A stretch of DNA of 64,000 nucleotides from Clostridia bacterium (lineage in GTDB: Bacteria > Bacillota > Clostridia > TANB77 > CAG-465): positions 32,001-96,000 of the forward strand of contig JAZSNU010000003.1 of the NCBI GenBank assembly GCA_045536565.1, given 5' to 3'. Position 1 is the stretch's first letter; every line of letters begins with the position of its first letter. The notes under the pieces are model-generated. The model was not told where the DNA came from and ran no database searches. It worked only from the letters and a program-made list of their open reading frames with translations. Below, piece by piece: positions 30,302 through 40,771 of the stretch. The translations under genes were made by a program, and so were the position numbers.

Positions 30302-31369
30302 ATGACTAAAAAGGGATTCATGACAATAGGCTATGGAAACATGGGAGCAAAAGATTTAGTAAGCAGAATAAAAAAGCTTCGGGTAAATTGCATAATTGAT
30401 GTAAGAACACGGCCATATAGCAAATACAATATATCGTTTAACAAAGAAGAATTAAGAGAAAGGTTAAGCGATGCAGGAATATCATACTTTTGGTTCGGCA
30501 ACAAACTTGGTGCAAAATATGATAAGATAAAATATTGTGATGAAAAAGGAAGAGTTGATTATGACAAGGTGGCACAGTCTGAGACATTTATTGAAGGTGT
30601 AAAAGAACTTGAAAAAATGATAACGAGATATAATGTGTGTGTGTTAGATTCACGGCAAGATCCTCTTAAAAGTCATCGCTTTTTACTTATATCTCGTTAT
30701 ATGAAAAAATATAACATATATCATATAATGCCAGATGGTTCTCTTGTTAAAAACGAGGAACTTGAAAGACAAATGTTAGATTTGTATGGTAATTTAAATC
30801 AAATAACTATGCTAGATAATCAAAGTCTGGAAAGTATATTAGACAAAGTATATAGGGAACAAAGTATCAAATCTGCATATGTAAGTGAAAAAGTAATAAC
30901 TTTGTTATCACAAGGTATTAAAGAAGATGCTGTTCCTAAGGCAAAGGTATATTGTATTGGCACTAAAAGTAAATCTGCTGAAACATTTTTTGAACTACTT
31001 AAAAAGCACAAGGTTAAAAAAGTGGTTGATGTAAGAGACCATATGGTTATGAAAAAAGTGGCTTTTGCAAAACCAGAAGATATATCATACTACTTAAAAC
31101 TTAATGGTATAGAATATGAGAAATATAAAGACCTTATACCTTCATCGCGAGCTTTGTGTGTAAGGGAGTTTCACTCTTTTGCTAGATATCTCAGAATATA
31201 TGAAGAAGAAATATCGGGAAGCAATTCCATACTTTCCTTGATATCTGATGGACTTGAAGGGGTATGTTTATTAGGATATGAGGAAGATTACAAAAAATGC
31301 CATAGAAACACATTAATAAACCAGTTAAAGAAAATTAATCCAAATATTACAGTAAGACATTTAAAGTGA
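30302..31369 (+). CDS. Tandem DUF488-like domain protein
   Basis: TIGYG...IDVRTRPYS...SHR repeated as CIGT...VDVRD...E....CHR; start after RBS AAGGAG at 30302. Confidence 0.7.
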   Translation: MTKKGFMTIGYGNMGAKDLVSRIKKLRVNCIIDVRTRPYSKYNISFNKEELRERLSDAGISYFWFGNKLGAKYDKIKYCDEKGRVDYDKVAQSETFIEGVKELEKMITRYNVCVLDSRQDPLKSHRFLLISRYMKKYNIYHIMPDGSLVKNEELERQMLDLYGNLNQITMLDNQSLESILDKVYREQSIKSAYVSEKVITLLSQGIKEDAVPKAKVYCIGTKSKSAETFFELLKKHKVKKVVDVRDHMVMKKVAFAKPEDISYYLKLNGIEYEKYKDLIPSSRALCVREFHSFARYLRIYEEEISGSNSILSLISDGLEGVCLLGYEEDYKKCHRNTLINQLKKINPNITVRHLK

Positions 31370-31379
31370 GGAGATTGTT

Positions 31380-31946
31380 ATGATAAAAAGTATAAGCATA
31401 TTGTTAGAGGTGATTCCGAAGTATGGTGAGATACTAATTGGTGTTGGGTGTGTTTTGTTACAAGAAAATAGTGATATTCTTCAAAACATAGAAGCAAGAA
31501 GAGAACTTAAAGACTTTTTGATAGAAGACGCACCTAAATATAAAACGCTGATGGGACTATCCATGTCTTCTGAATTTCAACGGATTATGTATAAGTATAC
31601 CCGGAAAATGGTAGGAATTGGTGCAGTAACAGGAGATATGTATAAAGATAAAACTGTAAACATATTACTATTGGATTTATTCATTACTACTTTATGGCCA
31701 ACAATTGTGGAAAGATATATTGATAATATTTGTCAGGGAGTAGATACAGTTATAATACCAATTAAAATTAAAAAGAGTGAATATGAAGCAATATATGGCA
31801 ATGATACTAACTTAGTTTTTTCAGAACTCAAAGAGTTTTTTCTGTGCAATGCTATGGTCATTTCAAAATCTGTTATTGAAGCAAACAAAGATATGTCACT
31901 TGATTTAATGATTCCAATGTCACCACACCGTAAGGTTAGTTTTTAA
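31380..31946 (+). CDS. Hypothetical protein
   Basis: 188-aa ORF with RBS GAGGAG, coupled to the DUF488 gene. Confidence 0.55.
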   Translation: MIKSISILLEVIPKYGEILIGVGCVLLQENSDILQNIEARRELKDFLIEDAPKYKTLMGLSMSSEFQRIMYKYTRKMVGIGAVTGDMYKDKTVNILLLDLFITTLWPTIVERYIDNICQGVDTVIIPIKIKKSEYEAIYGNDTNLVFSELKEFFLCNAMVISKSVIEANKDMSLDLMIPMSPHRKVSF

Positions 31947-32033
31947 AACTACAAAGTAAAGATGATAAAAATATCATCTTTACTTTTTTTGCCATTTATG
32001 TAATAATATATATGTGTATAAGGAGATTTTATA

Positions 32034-32648
32034 ATGGTATTTGTTATATTAGGAGCACCAGGTTCCGGGAAAGGAACAAGGTCAAAAATTTTAGAAGAAA
32101 AATTAGGAATAATTCATATTTCTACTGGTAGCCTTATAAGAGAAGATGCTGAGATGTATGAAAAATATAAAGAGGAATTAGAAAAAGGACATCTGCTTTC
32201 TGATGAGGTAATTAGTGATATATTAAAAAGAAAACTAGAAAGAGATTGTGCAGGTAAAACCTGTATAATTGATGGATATCCAAGGACTTTAAAACAAGCA
32301 TATATACTAGATAAAATGCTAACAGAGATAGGTAGAAAAATAGAGAGAGTTTTCTTGCTAGAAGCGGATATTGATACTATATATTCAAGAATATTAAGTA
32401 GAACAGTTTGCAGCTCTTGTGGAAATATATATAACGAAAAGTATGCAAAAGAAAACAATAATAAATGTGGAAAATGTGGAAAAGAACTAACTTTAAGATT
32501 AGATGATAATGTTGCAACACTAAAAAACAGAATTAATTTATATCATGAAAATATAGATGAGATAAAAGAATACTATTCTGAGAAAAAAATATTAGAAATA
32601 GTTGATGCAAATGAAGATCCAAATAAAATAATAGAAAGGGTAAAATAA
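32034..32648 (+). CDS. adk: Adenylate kinase
   Basis: GAPGSGKGT, HISTG, DGYPRT, Zn LID CxxC/CxxC. Confidence 0.95.
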   Translation: MVFVILGAPGSGKGTRSKILEEKLGIIHISTGSLIREDAEMYEKYKEELEKGHLLSDEVISDILKRKLERDCAGKTCIIDGYPRTLKQAYILDKMLTEIGRKIERVFLLEADIDTIYSRILSRTVCSSCGNIYNEKYAKENNNKCGKCGKELTLRLDDNVATLKNRINLYHENIDEIKEYYSEKKILEIVDANEDPNKIIERVK

Positions 32649-32649
32649 A

Positions 32650-33414
32650 ATGATACATATAAAATCGGAAAAAGAAATTGAACTAATGAGACAAAGTGCA
32701 GAAGTTATGAAAAAAGTTTTAAAAGCAATAAAAGAAGAAATTAAAGAAGGAGTAACCACTTCATATCTAGATTTTGTTGCTGAAAAGGTAATGAAAGAAA
32801 ATGGTGCTACTCCATCGTTTAGAGGAGTAGAGTGTCCATATAGAGGAGGCAAAACATACACACATGCAATATGCGTATCAGTAAATGATGAAATAATACA
32901 TGGAATACCATCAGGAAGAGTACTAAAAAACGGAGATGTGGTATCGGTTGATGTTGGTGTATACAAAAATGGTTTTCACTCTGATGCCGGAAGAACATTT
33001 ATTGTAGGTGAAGGAAGTAAAATTGCTAAGAAATTAGTACAGGTAACAGAAGCAGCATTTTTTGAAGGAGTAGCACAGGCAGTACCTGGAAATAGAATAG
33101 GTGATATATCAAACGCTATTCAAACATATGTAGAAAAAGCAGGATTTAATCTTCTTCGTGAGTTCCAAGGTCATGGTATAGGAAGAGAAATGCATGAGGA
33201 TCCTGGTGTGCCAAATATAGGTAAAAAAGGAAGAGGTGAAAGACTACAAAAAGGCATGGCTCTTGCCATTGAACCTATGGTTACAGAGGGAAGTGCAGAT
33301 GTATATGTTGCAAAAGATAAATGGACTATAAAAACACAAGATGGTAAACTTACAGCATATTATGAAAATACGATAGTTATAACAGATGGTGAGCCGGAAA
33401 TACTAACACTATAA
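32650..33414 (+). CDS. map: Methionine aminopeptidase
   Basis: CVSVNDEIIHGIP, GHGIG..MHEDP, AIEPM. Confidence 0.97.
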   Translation: MIHIKSEKEIELMRQSAEVMKKVLKAIKEEIKEGVTTSYLDFVAEKVMKENGATPSFRGVECPYRGGKTYTHAICVSVNDEIIHGIPSGRVLKNGDVVSVDVGVYKNGFHSDAGRTFIVGEGSKIAKKLVQVTEAAFFEGVAQAVPGNRIGDISNAIQTYVEKAGFNLLREFQGHGIGREMHEDPGVPNIGKKGRGERLQKGMALAIEPMVTEGSADVYVAKDKWTIKTQDGKLTAYYENTIVITDGEPEILTL

Positions 33415-33545
33415 CATAAATAATACACAAATTATTAATAGATGAGTTAATAATTTGGTTGTTTTTCATAGCAATATCAAAATAACAAGTGTTGACAATT
33501 TTTGCCTTTTTAGTGTAACATATATACGGAAAAGAGGTGAAAAAT

Positions 33546-34235
33546 ATGGAAAATGAAAATGTTGGTGGAGAAGTAAATAACATATCAGTAGAAGAAAAAT
33601 CAAAAAGCTCTGATAAAAAAATGATTGTTAAAATAGTAGTAGGAGTATTAATATTTTTAGCATTAATTGGTATAGCAGGTTTCTTGTTTGTGCGTTCTAT
33701 GATGTCAAATGCAGTAGACTCAATAGTTGGCTTAGGAACATCACTTGTAGATGATGCTATGGATAATTCATCTGATATAGCAAATCAAGTACAAAGCAAT
33801 ATAAAAGATACTGCAACATCAATTAAAAATTCTGCTAATACCAAAACTGCTATAACAGCAGATACATTCGCTGAAATAATGCAACAAAAAGGTTATGAAG
33901 TTGGTGATGTTACTATTCAATTTGCTCAATATGGTGATTATATGAAAAAAGCATATGGTGCTAGAACAAGTACTCACCAAATAGAATTTTACGAATTATC
34001 TACTGTGGCAAATGCAATGGATATGTATAATACTAATAAAAACATATTTGAAAGTCAAAAAGGTGGTACATCATCGTATTCTACTGTAAGCAAAGGTAAT
34101 TACAATACATATACTTTAACAACAAATGGAAAATATAAATATATATGTAGAGTAGATAATACATTTATATATATGGATGTTGCAGAGGAATACAAAGATG
34201 TAGTAAAAAATATTGTAAGTGAATTAGGATATTAA
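33546..34235 (+). CDS. Hypothetical membrane-anchored protein
   Basis: Single TM helix, Ser/Thr/Asn-rich linker, globular C-terminal domain; start uncertain (33537 GTG or 33546 ATG). Confidence 0.6.
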   Translation: MENENVGGEVNNISVEEKSKSSDKKMIVKIVVGVLIFLALIGIAGFLFVRSMMSNAVDSIVGLGTSLVDDAMDNSSDIANQVQSNIKDTATSIKNSANTKTAITADTFAEIMQQKGYEVGDVTIQFAQYGDYMKKAYGARTSTHQIEFYELSTVANAMDMYNTNKNIFESQKGGTSSYSTVSKGNYNTYTLTTNGKYKYICRVDNTFIYMDVAEEYKDVVKNIVSELGY

Positions 34236-34441
34236 TGATAGAATAATATAAAAATAGTATATAATTTTATATTTATAAAAACAAAATAATATGTAGTCTA
34301 AAAATTACATAAAATAGCCCAAAAGTTAACAAAAACAGTTGACTTTGGGCTGTTTTTGTTTTATAATAAACATGTTAGACTGTGGTATTTTGCCTGCGTG
34401 GTAAAATACATTGTACTATATAGTTATATTGGGAGGAAAAT

Positions 34442-34660
34442 ATGGCAAAAGATGATGTTATAGAAGTTGATGGAGTAGTAACAGAAGCACTACCTAATGC
34501 TACATTTAAAGTAGAATTAGAAAACGGACATCAAGTATTAGCTCATATATCTGGTAAATTAAGAATGCATTATATTAAAATATTACCAGGTGATAAAGTA
34601 AAACTAGAATTATCAACTTATGATTTACAAAAAGGTAGAATCATTTGGAGAGATAAATAA
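34442..34660 (+). CDS. infA: Translation initiation factor IF-1
   Basis: [21 protein letters not shown]. Confidence 0.98.
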   Translation: MAKDDVIEVDGVVTEALPNATFKVELENGHQVLAHISGKLRMHYIKILPGDKVKLELSTYDLQKGRIIWRDK

Positions 34661-34787
34661 TTAATTTGCTTAAAACAAAAAACGGGAGCGGCTGTTGAGA
34701 TAAATGTGTACAATCTCAATTTCTTAGTTTTTGTTTTATATATATAATCATACGCAAAGTAGATAGGAATTTTTAAGGAGGATAACT

Positions 34788-34901
34788 ATGAAAGTAAGAC
34801 CATCTGTAAAAAAGATTTGCGAAAAATGTAAAGTTATTAAAAGAGCAGGTGTGGTTAGGGTAATATGCGAAAATCCTAAACACAAGCAAAGACAAGGTTA
34901 A
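34788..34901 (+). CDS. rpmJ: 50S ribosomal protein L36 (not in ORF track)
   Basis: [37 protein letters not shown]. Confidence 0.98.
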   Translation: MKVRPSVKKICEKCKVIKRAGVVRVICENPKHKQRQG

Positions 34902-34915
34902 GGGGGTAATTTAAA

Positions 34916-35287
34916 GTGGCAAGAATAGCAGGAATAGACTTACCTAAAAACAAAAAAGTAGAAATAGGTTTAACTTATATCTACGGTATTGGTAGAACTT
35001 CTTCATTAAAAATATTAGAAGAAGCTAAAATTGATTTATCAAAAAGAATCAAAGATTTAACTGATGATGAAGTAGCTAAAATAAGAGCTATAATCGATAG
35101 AGATTATACAGTTGAAGGCGACCTTAAAAGAGAAGTTTCTTTAAATATTAAGAGACTTATGGAAATAAACTGTTTTAGAGGACAAAGACATAAGAGAAAA
35201 TTACCAGTCAGAGGTCAAAGAACAAAAACTAACGCAAGAACAAGAAAAGGCCCAAGAAAAGTTGTGGCTGGAAAGAAGGGGGTATAG
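34916..35287 (+). CDS. rpsM: 30S ribosomal protein S13
   Basis: [30 protein letters not shown]. Confidence 0.98.
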   Translation: MARIAGIDLPKNKKVEIGLTYIYGIGRTSSLKILEEAKIDLSKRIKDLTDDEVAKIRAIIDRDYTVEGDLKREVSLNIKRLMEINCFRGQRHKRKLPVRGQRTKTNARTRKGPRKVVAGKKGV

Positions 35288-35290
35288 TAA

Positions 35291-35683
35291 ATGGCACCTA
35301 GAAAGAAAACAACAACAAAAAGAAAAGTTAAAAAGAATGTACCAAATGGTGTTGCTCACATACACTCATCTTTTAACAATACTATTGTTACAATGAGTGA
35401 TGAAAACGGAAATGTTTTATCATGGGCAAGTGCTGGAGGACTTGGATTTAAAGGTTCAAGAAAAAATACTCCATTCGCTGCATCAGAAGCAGCAACAGTT
35501 GCAGCAAATGCAGCTAAAGAACATGGTTTAAAATCAGTTCAAGTATATATAAAAGGGCCTGGAGCAGGTAGAGAAGCAGCTATAAGAGCACTTCAAACTG
35601 CTGGACTTGAAATCAGTATGATTAAAGATGTAAGTCCAATACCACACAATGGTTGCAGACCACCAAAGAGAAGAAGAGTTTAA
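35291..35683 (+). CDS. rpsK: 30S ribosomal protein S11
   Basis: [22 protein letters not shown]. Confidence 0.98.
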   Translation: MAPRKKTTTKRKVKKNVPNGVAHIHSSFNNTIVTMSDENGNVLSWASAGGLGFKGSRKNTPFAASEAATVAANAAKEHGLKSVQVYIKGPGAGREAAIRALQTAGLEISMIKDVSPIPHNGCRPPKRRRV

Positions 35684-35699
35684 TCGGGGGTGAAGATAA

Positions 35700-36329
35700 A
35701 TGGCAAGATATACTGACGCACTATGCAAAAAATGCAGAAGAGAAGGTGCTAAATTATTCCTTAAGGGGGAAAGATGTAATACAGGTAAATGTGCTATCGA
35801 AAGAAGAGCTTATGCACCTGGACAACATGGAAAAAACAAATCTAAATTATCTGAATATGGTCTTCAACTTCGTGCAAAACAAAAAACAAAGACATATTAC
35901 AGAGTATCAGAATCACAATTTAGAAAATATTATGAAAAAGCATTCGCAAGTAAAGGAGTTACTTCTGAAGTATTATTCCAATACTTAGAAACAAGATTAG
36001 ATAATGTAGCATACAGAATGGGACTTGGAGCTTCAAGAGCAGAAGCAAGACAATTAGTTAGCTATGGAATGCTTGAAGTAAATGGTAAAAAAGTTAATAT
36101 CCCATCATACATCGTAAGAGTTGGGGATGTTATAAAAATAAGAGACGCTAAAAAAGACAATAACGCTGTTAAGGTAGCTTTAGAAAAAACAGCTTCTAGA
36201 AATATCCCAGCATGGATGGAAGCAAATAAAGAAAGAACAGAAGTTAAAATCTTAAGATTACCTGCAAGAGAAGAAGTAGATTTAGATGTACAAGAAAACT
36301 TAATTATTGAGTTATACTCTAAGAACTAA
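35700..36329 (+). CDS. rpsD: 30S ribosomal protein S4
   Basis: CKKCRREG, PGQHG, LETRLDNVAYR. Confidence 0.98.
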   Translation: MARYTDALCKKCRREGAKLFLKGERCNTGKCAIERRAYAPGQHGKNKSKLSEYGLQLRAKQKTKTYYRVSESQFRKYYEKAFASKGVTSEVLFQYLETRLDNVAYRMGLGASRAEARQLVSYGMLEVNGKKVNIPSYIVRVGDVIKIRDAKKDNNAVKVALEKTASRNIPAWMEANKERTEVKILRLPAREEVDLDVQENLIIELYSKN

Positions 36330-36385
36330 TAAAAATCATTTGTTTATAATACGTGTAATCAGAGCGTATTAGAAGGAGGATAAAA

Positions 36386-37333
36386 ATGGTTGAAATGAAG
36401 AGACCAAATATTAATTGTGTTGAAATTGATGTTGACACATATTATGCGAGGTTTGAGGTAGAGCCTTTAGAAAGAGGGTTCGGAATTACTTTAGGAAACT
36501 CATTAAGGAGAATACTACTATCATCTTTACCAGGTTATGCAATTAACACTGTAAAAATAGCAAATGTAGCTCATGAGTTTTCAACTATCACAGGAGTTAC
36601 AGAAGATGTTACAGATTTAATGCTTAACTTAAAACAAGTTTGTATCAAAGCAGAAGGCGAAGATATGAAAGAACTTAAAATTGATGTTAAGGGGCCTTGT
36701 GAAGTTACAGCAGCTGACATCATCGGTGATTCAACAGTTGAAATCATCAATAAAGATTTACATATTGCATATGTTGATGAAGGCGGAGAACTTAAAGCAG
36801 ATATGACTGCTATAAGAGGTAGAGGTTATACACCAGGAAATGTTAATAAAGCAGAAAGTGGTGTTGTAAATACTCTTCCAATAGATTCAATATTTACACC
36901 AGTTAAAAAAGCAAACTTTACTGTTGAAAAAACAAGAGTTGGTCAAGATATAGATTACGACAAATTAACATTAGAGATTTGGACAAATGGTGTAATCGAG
37001 CCATATGAAGCATTATCTATGGCAGCAAGAATATTAGACGAACATTTAGAACTATTTATAGATTTATCTGAAATAGCTAAAAACATGTCTATAATGTCTC
37101 AAAAAGAATTATCTGAAAGAGATAAAATGTTAGAAACAGCAATTGAAGAATTAGAATTTTCAGTAAGATCATATAACTGTTTAAAAAGAGCAGGTATACA
37201 CACTGTTGGTGATATAGTTGCTAGAACAGAACATGATATGATGAAAGTTAGAAATTTAGGAAAGAAATCATTAGATGAAGTTATAAACAAAGTAAAATCA
37301 CTTGGTTTACAATTTAAAACTATTGAAGAGTAG
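36386..37333 (+). CDS. rpoA: RNA polymerase alpha subunit
   Basis: EPLERGFGITLGNSLRRILLSS, SVRSYNCLKRAGI. Confidence 0.98.
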   Translation: MVEMKRPNINCVEIDVDTYYARFEVEPLERGFGITLGNSLRRILLSSLPGYAINTVKIANVAHEFSTITGVTEDVTDLMLNLKQVCIKAEGEDMKELKIDVKGPCEVTAADIIGDSTVEIINKDLHIAYVDEGGELKADMTAIRGRGYTPGNVNKAESGVVNTLPIDSIFTPVKKANFTVEKTRVGQDIDYDKLTLEIWTNGVIEPYEALSMAARILDEHLELFIDLSEIAKNMSIMSQKELSERDKMLETAIEELEFSVRSYNCLKRAGIHTVGDIVARTEHDMMKVRNLGKKSLDEVINKVKSLGLQFKTIEE

Positions 37334-37345
37334 GAGGAATTTAAA

Positions 37346-37870
37346 ATGCCTAAAACAAATAGACTATCAAGAACAGAATCACAAAGAAATGCACTATTAA
37401 AAGGGCTAGTTACAAGTCTTATCTTAAATGGTAGAGTTGAAACTACTCTTGCTAAAGCTAAAGCTCTTAAACCTTTAGCAGATAGCATAGTTAGTCTTGC
37501 AATAGCAGAAAAAGATAACGTTGTTGAAAAAGAAAAAACAATTTCAAGTGCAAAACTTGATAAAAACGGTAAAAAAGTTAAAGTTGAAAAAACATCTAAA
37601 AACGGTAAAAAATATGAAGTTATAGAGAGAGAAATTAAGAAAGTAACTGTTAAAGTTGACGCTCCATCTAAACTTGCAGCTAGAAAGAAAATGTTTAAAT
37701 TAATCAACAAAATAAAAGACAATAATGGAAAAACTATTGATTTAACAGATAAATTATTCGATGAAATCGCACCAAAATATGAAGCAAACAAAGGTGGTTA
37801 TACTAGAATAACTAAATTAGTTGCTAGAAAAGGTGACGGTGCTGAAATGGCAGTTGTTGAATTAATATAA
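37346..37870 (+). CDS. rplQ: 50S ribosomal protein L17 (Lys-rich insertion)
   Basis: [23 protein letters not shown]. Confidence 0.97.
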   Translation: MPKTNRLSRTESQRNALLKGLVTSLILNGRVETTLAKAKALKPLADSIVSLAIAEKDNVVEKEKTISSAKLDKNGKKVKVEKTSKNGKKYEVIEREIKKVTVKVDAPSKLAARKKMFKLINKIKDNNGKTIDLTDKLFDEIAPKYEANKGGYTRITKLVARKGDGAEMAVVELI

Positions 37871-37887
37871 TTAACATTGTAAAACAA

Positions 37888-37920
37888 AGAAACGGAATCA
37901 ATTAAGATTCCGTTTTTTTT
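37888..37920. terminator. Intrinsic terminator after rplQ
   Basis: AAACGGAATC...GATTCCGTTT followed by T-run. Confidence 0.85.
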
Positions 37921-37923
37921 GTA

Positions 37924-38091
37924 TTAAAATAATGTGTTGGCAATTTTTGTTACAATCACCATAATGGCGAAGCCTATAACACTTGCAATTGTAGCAAATC
38001 CCCAATTCTCTTTCTTAGATGCTAGCCAAGTTGCAAGACATATCAAGGTTACAAGGGCAAGTATAATTGCTATAATTTTAGCTAAAATCAT
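37924..38091 (-). CDS. 55-aa two-helix membrane microprotein (not in ORF track)
   Basis: MILAKIIAIILALVTLICLATWLASKKENWGFATIASVIGFAIMVIVTKIANTLF; RBS AAGGAG. Confidence 0.65.
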   Translation of the reverse strand: MILAKIIAIILALVTLICLATWLASKKENWGFATIASVIGFAIMVIVTKIANTLF

Positions 38092-38115
38092 GTTACATCA
38101 CTCCTTAAATTTTTA

Positions 38116-38283
38116 TTAGAAACTTGAAATTATAGTACATATAGTTCCTATGGCTAAAAATATCAGTGGCCATGGGTGCTTGGAATTGATTTTAATGGTA
38201 TCTGTGTTTTTGTCTAAATTGATAAATAAAGATATCCATACTAGAATTAAAGTGACAACACCAATAGTTTTTACTACAATCAT
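38116..38283 (-). CDS. 55-aa two-helix membrane microprotein (not in ORF track)
   Basis: MIVVKTIGVVTLILVWISLFINLDKNTDTIKINSKHPWPLIFLAIGTICTIISSF; RBS AGGAGG. Confidence 0.65.
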   Translation of the reverse strand: MIVVKTIGVVTLILVWISLFINLDKNTDTIKINSKHPWPLIFLAIGTICTIISSF

Positions 38284-38450
38284 AAAAAAACCTCCTAAAA
38301 AAGTATAATTATATATTTTATTTTTTACATTAATACATTACTATTATACCATAGTTAACATAAAATATCAAGCATACACTAGTATACTTGATATTTTAGT
38401 AAAAAAGAGTATAATAATTAATATAATTTAAATATTATGGAGATGTTAAA

Positions 38451-38948
38451 ATGAAACTTAATATAGTATTGGTGGAACCTGAAATACCACAAAACACAGG
38501 AAATATAGCAAGAACTTGTGCGGCGATAGGAGCGAAACTGCATTTAGTGCATCCGCTTGGTTTTGATATATCTGAAAAACAAGTTAAAAGAGCGGGACTA
38601 GATTACTGGGATAAATTAGATATAGAAGAACATGAAAGTTTAGATAAGTTTTTGGAAAAGTATGATATAAATAAACAAGATATGTATTTAGTATCAACAA
38701 AAGCAACACATGTATATAGTGATGTGAATTATTCAAATAAGGATGAAATATTTTTGCTTTTTGGAAAAGAAACAAAGGGACTACCAGAAAGTCTTTTAAA
38801 ATCGAATTTGGAAAAAACAATTCGTATTCCTATGGGATATAATATTCGTTCTTTAAATCTTTCTAATTCTGTTGCGATAGTAGCATATGAAGTAATGAAA
38901 CAATGTAATTTTGATGGTTTACAAGAAACAAGTGAATATTTATTATAA
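38451..38948 (+). CDS. trmL: tRNA (cytidine/uridine-2'-O)-methyltransferase TrmL
   Basis: PEIPQNTGNI.RTC, RAGLDYW, FGKETKGLP, RSLNLSN. Confidence 0.95.
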   Translation: MKLNIVLVEPEIPQNTGNIARTCAAIGAKLHLVHPLGFDISEKQVKRAGLDYWDKLDIEEHESLDKFLEKYDINKQDMYLVSTKATHVYSDVNYSNKDEIFLLFGKETKGLPESLLKSNLEKTIRIPMGYNIRSLNLSNSVAIVAYEVMKQCNFDGLQETSEYLL

Positions 38949-38968
38949 CAAAACAAACATGCTAAATA

Positions 38969-40162
38969 TTACAGCATGTTTGTTTTATCATTATTTAAAT
39001 TACTGTTACAAATAATTTCATATATATTTGTAGAATTAAAATCAAGTAGTAAACTTTCCTTAGTTTTTTGTTCTAAGTTATCTATATTATTATCGTTTAT
39101 ATTCGCTAGAATTGGAATAGAAGAGCTTTTGTTAAGTGTACTTAAAATATTATTATCTTTATTTACTTTTAATATTCTAGCGTAATATTTACTATTTAAT
39201 GCATCATATTTTTCCTTTGTTATATCTAGTAATATATGGACTAAGATGCGTTTTATTCTGCTCATAGCATATCTTTTACTTTTTATATTATTAATTAATT
39301 CATCATAAGTTTTAGAATTAATAGCCTCTTCATATATTTTGTTTTCTAATCCCTCTGATACATCGTATATATTATGTATATTTTCTTTTCCAAGAGTAAG
39401 GATTTTGTATCTTAATAATTTAGACATGTCTTCATTGAATGATATATTTGAATTATTTAATATTTCATAAGTTTCGTTAGGTATAAAATTTACGATATCA
39501 TTTATATTTTTTGTTTCCTCTAATTTATTTCTTATACTTGTAGCACTTGTAAAAATACTCTCGTTGTTCAGATTGTTATCATTGTGATTTGAATCTTTTC
39601 TAGTTATACCAACAGGTATTATTTTACTGTTTAATAGTTTTAGAGATTTTAGATATTCTATTGCAAGAATGTTGTTAGGCTTTGAAAATTCGTTATACTC
39701 AATATCAGTAAGAATTGATTTTAAGGTATTATCTCTTGCAACAGCATAAGATATGCCGTTTTTGATTTTGTTTTTTATAGCAGTATTAATTGCATCATTG
39801 TTTGTTAATAGCTTAGTTGCAATGCTATTTAATATATCTATATTATCACACTCAGTTCCAAATACTAAATAGTCAACTATGTTTAATTTATCTAATATGC
39901 TAACTGCCCCATATGCAAACATTTCAGCACTTGATACAGCAAATATTGTTGGTAGTTCAATAACTAAATCTGCACCATTTTTTATTGCCATTTCTGCTCT
40001 TTTAAATTTATCTGTAATTGCAATATTTCCTTGCTGAGTAAAAGAGCCTGACATAATGACTATAACGGTATCTGCACCTGTTAATTCTTTTGCTTTTTTA
40101 ATTTGATATTTATGACCATTATGAAATGGGTTATACTCTGCTATTATTCCAACTGTTTTCAT
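38969..40162 (-). CDS. tmcAL: tRNA(Met) cytidine acetate ligase (YlbM/TmcAL)
   Basis: GIIAEYNPFHNGH, GADLVIELP, PNNILAIEY, SATSIR; start at MKTVG after RBS AAGGAG. Confidence 0.9.
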   Translation of the reverse strand: MKTVGIIAEYNPFHNGHKYQIKKAKELTGADTVIVIMSGSFTQQGNIAITDKFKRAEMAIKNGADLVIELPTIFAVSSAEMFAYGAVSILDKLNIVDYLVFGTECDNIDILNSIATKLLTNNDAINTAIKNKIKNGISYAVARDNTLKSILTDIEYNEFSKPNNILAIEYLKSLKLLNSKIIPVGITRKDSNHNDNNLNNESIFTSATSIRNKLEETKNINDIVNFIPNETYEILNNSNISFNEDMSKLLRYKILTLGKENIHNIYDVSEGLENKIYEEAINSKTYDELINNIKSKRYAMSRIKRILVHILLDITKEKYDALNSKYYARILKVNKDNNILSTLNKSSSIPILANINDNNIDNLEQKTKESLLLDFNSTNIYEIICNSNLNNDKTNML

Positions 40163-40268
40163 TTTTTCTCCTTGATATATTGAAATATTATCTAATTCTA
40201 GATATAATATGATATCATAAATATTGAAAATAATCAATTAGAGTTGATTTATATGTAGGTGATATATA

Positions 40269-40709
40269 ATGAATAAAGAAGTTACAATATATACAGATGG
40301 AGCGTGTAGCGGTAACCCTGGACCAGGTGGTTATGGTGCAATACTTATGTATGGTGATAATATAAAAGAAATATCTGGGGGAGAAGCAAATACTACTAAT
40401 AATAAAATGGAACTAATGGCTGCGATAGTGGCATTGGAAATGTTAAAAGAGCCTTGCAATGTTAAATTATATAGTGATAGTGCATATCTAATAAATGCAT
40501 ATAACCAGAAATGGATAGATGGATGGAAAAAGAATGGTTGGAAAAACAGTAATAAAAAAGAAGTAAAAAATAGAGAGTTGTGGGAAAGGTTAGATAGACA
40601 GATTAATATTCATAATGTAGAGTTTATTAAGGTAAAAGGACATAGCGATAATGAATATAACAATAGATGTGATAAAATGGCAGTAGAAGAATCTAAAAAA
40701 TTCATGTAA
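40269..40709 (+). CDS. rnhA: Ribonuclease HI
   Basis: [31 protein letters not shown]. Confidence 0.97.
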   Translation: MNKEVTIYTDGACSGNPGPGGYGAILMYGDNIKEISGGEANTTNNKMELMAAIVALEMLKEPCNVKLYSDSAYLINAYNQKWIDGWKKNGWKNSNKKEVKNRELWERLDRQINIHNVEFIKVKGHSDNEYNNRCDKMAVEESKKFM

Positions 40710-40771
40710 TAAAATACATATGCTTGTATAAATAAATCACTTAACACATATGATGTGGTAGGTGATTTATT

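Noticed and set aside
18157-37870. Many antisense or alternate-frame ORFs in the track (e.g. 20391-20825, 35653-35988, 37099-37791)
   Set aside because: Shadow ORFs of conserved ribosomal genes, without RBS or motifs
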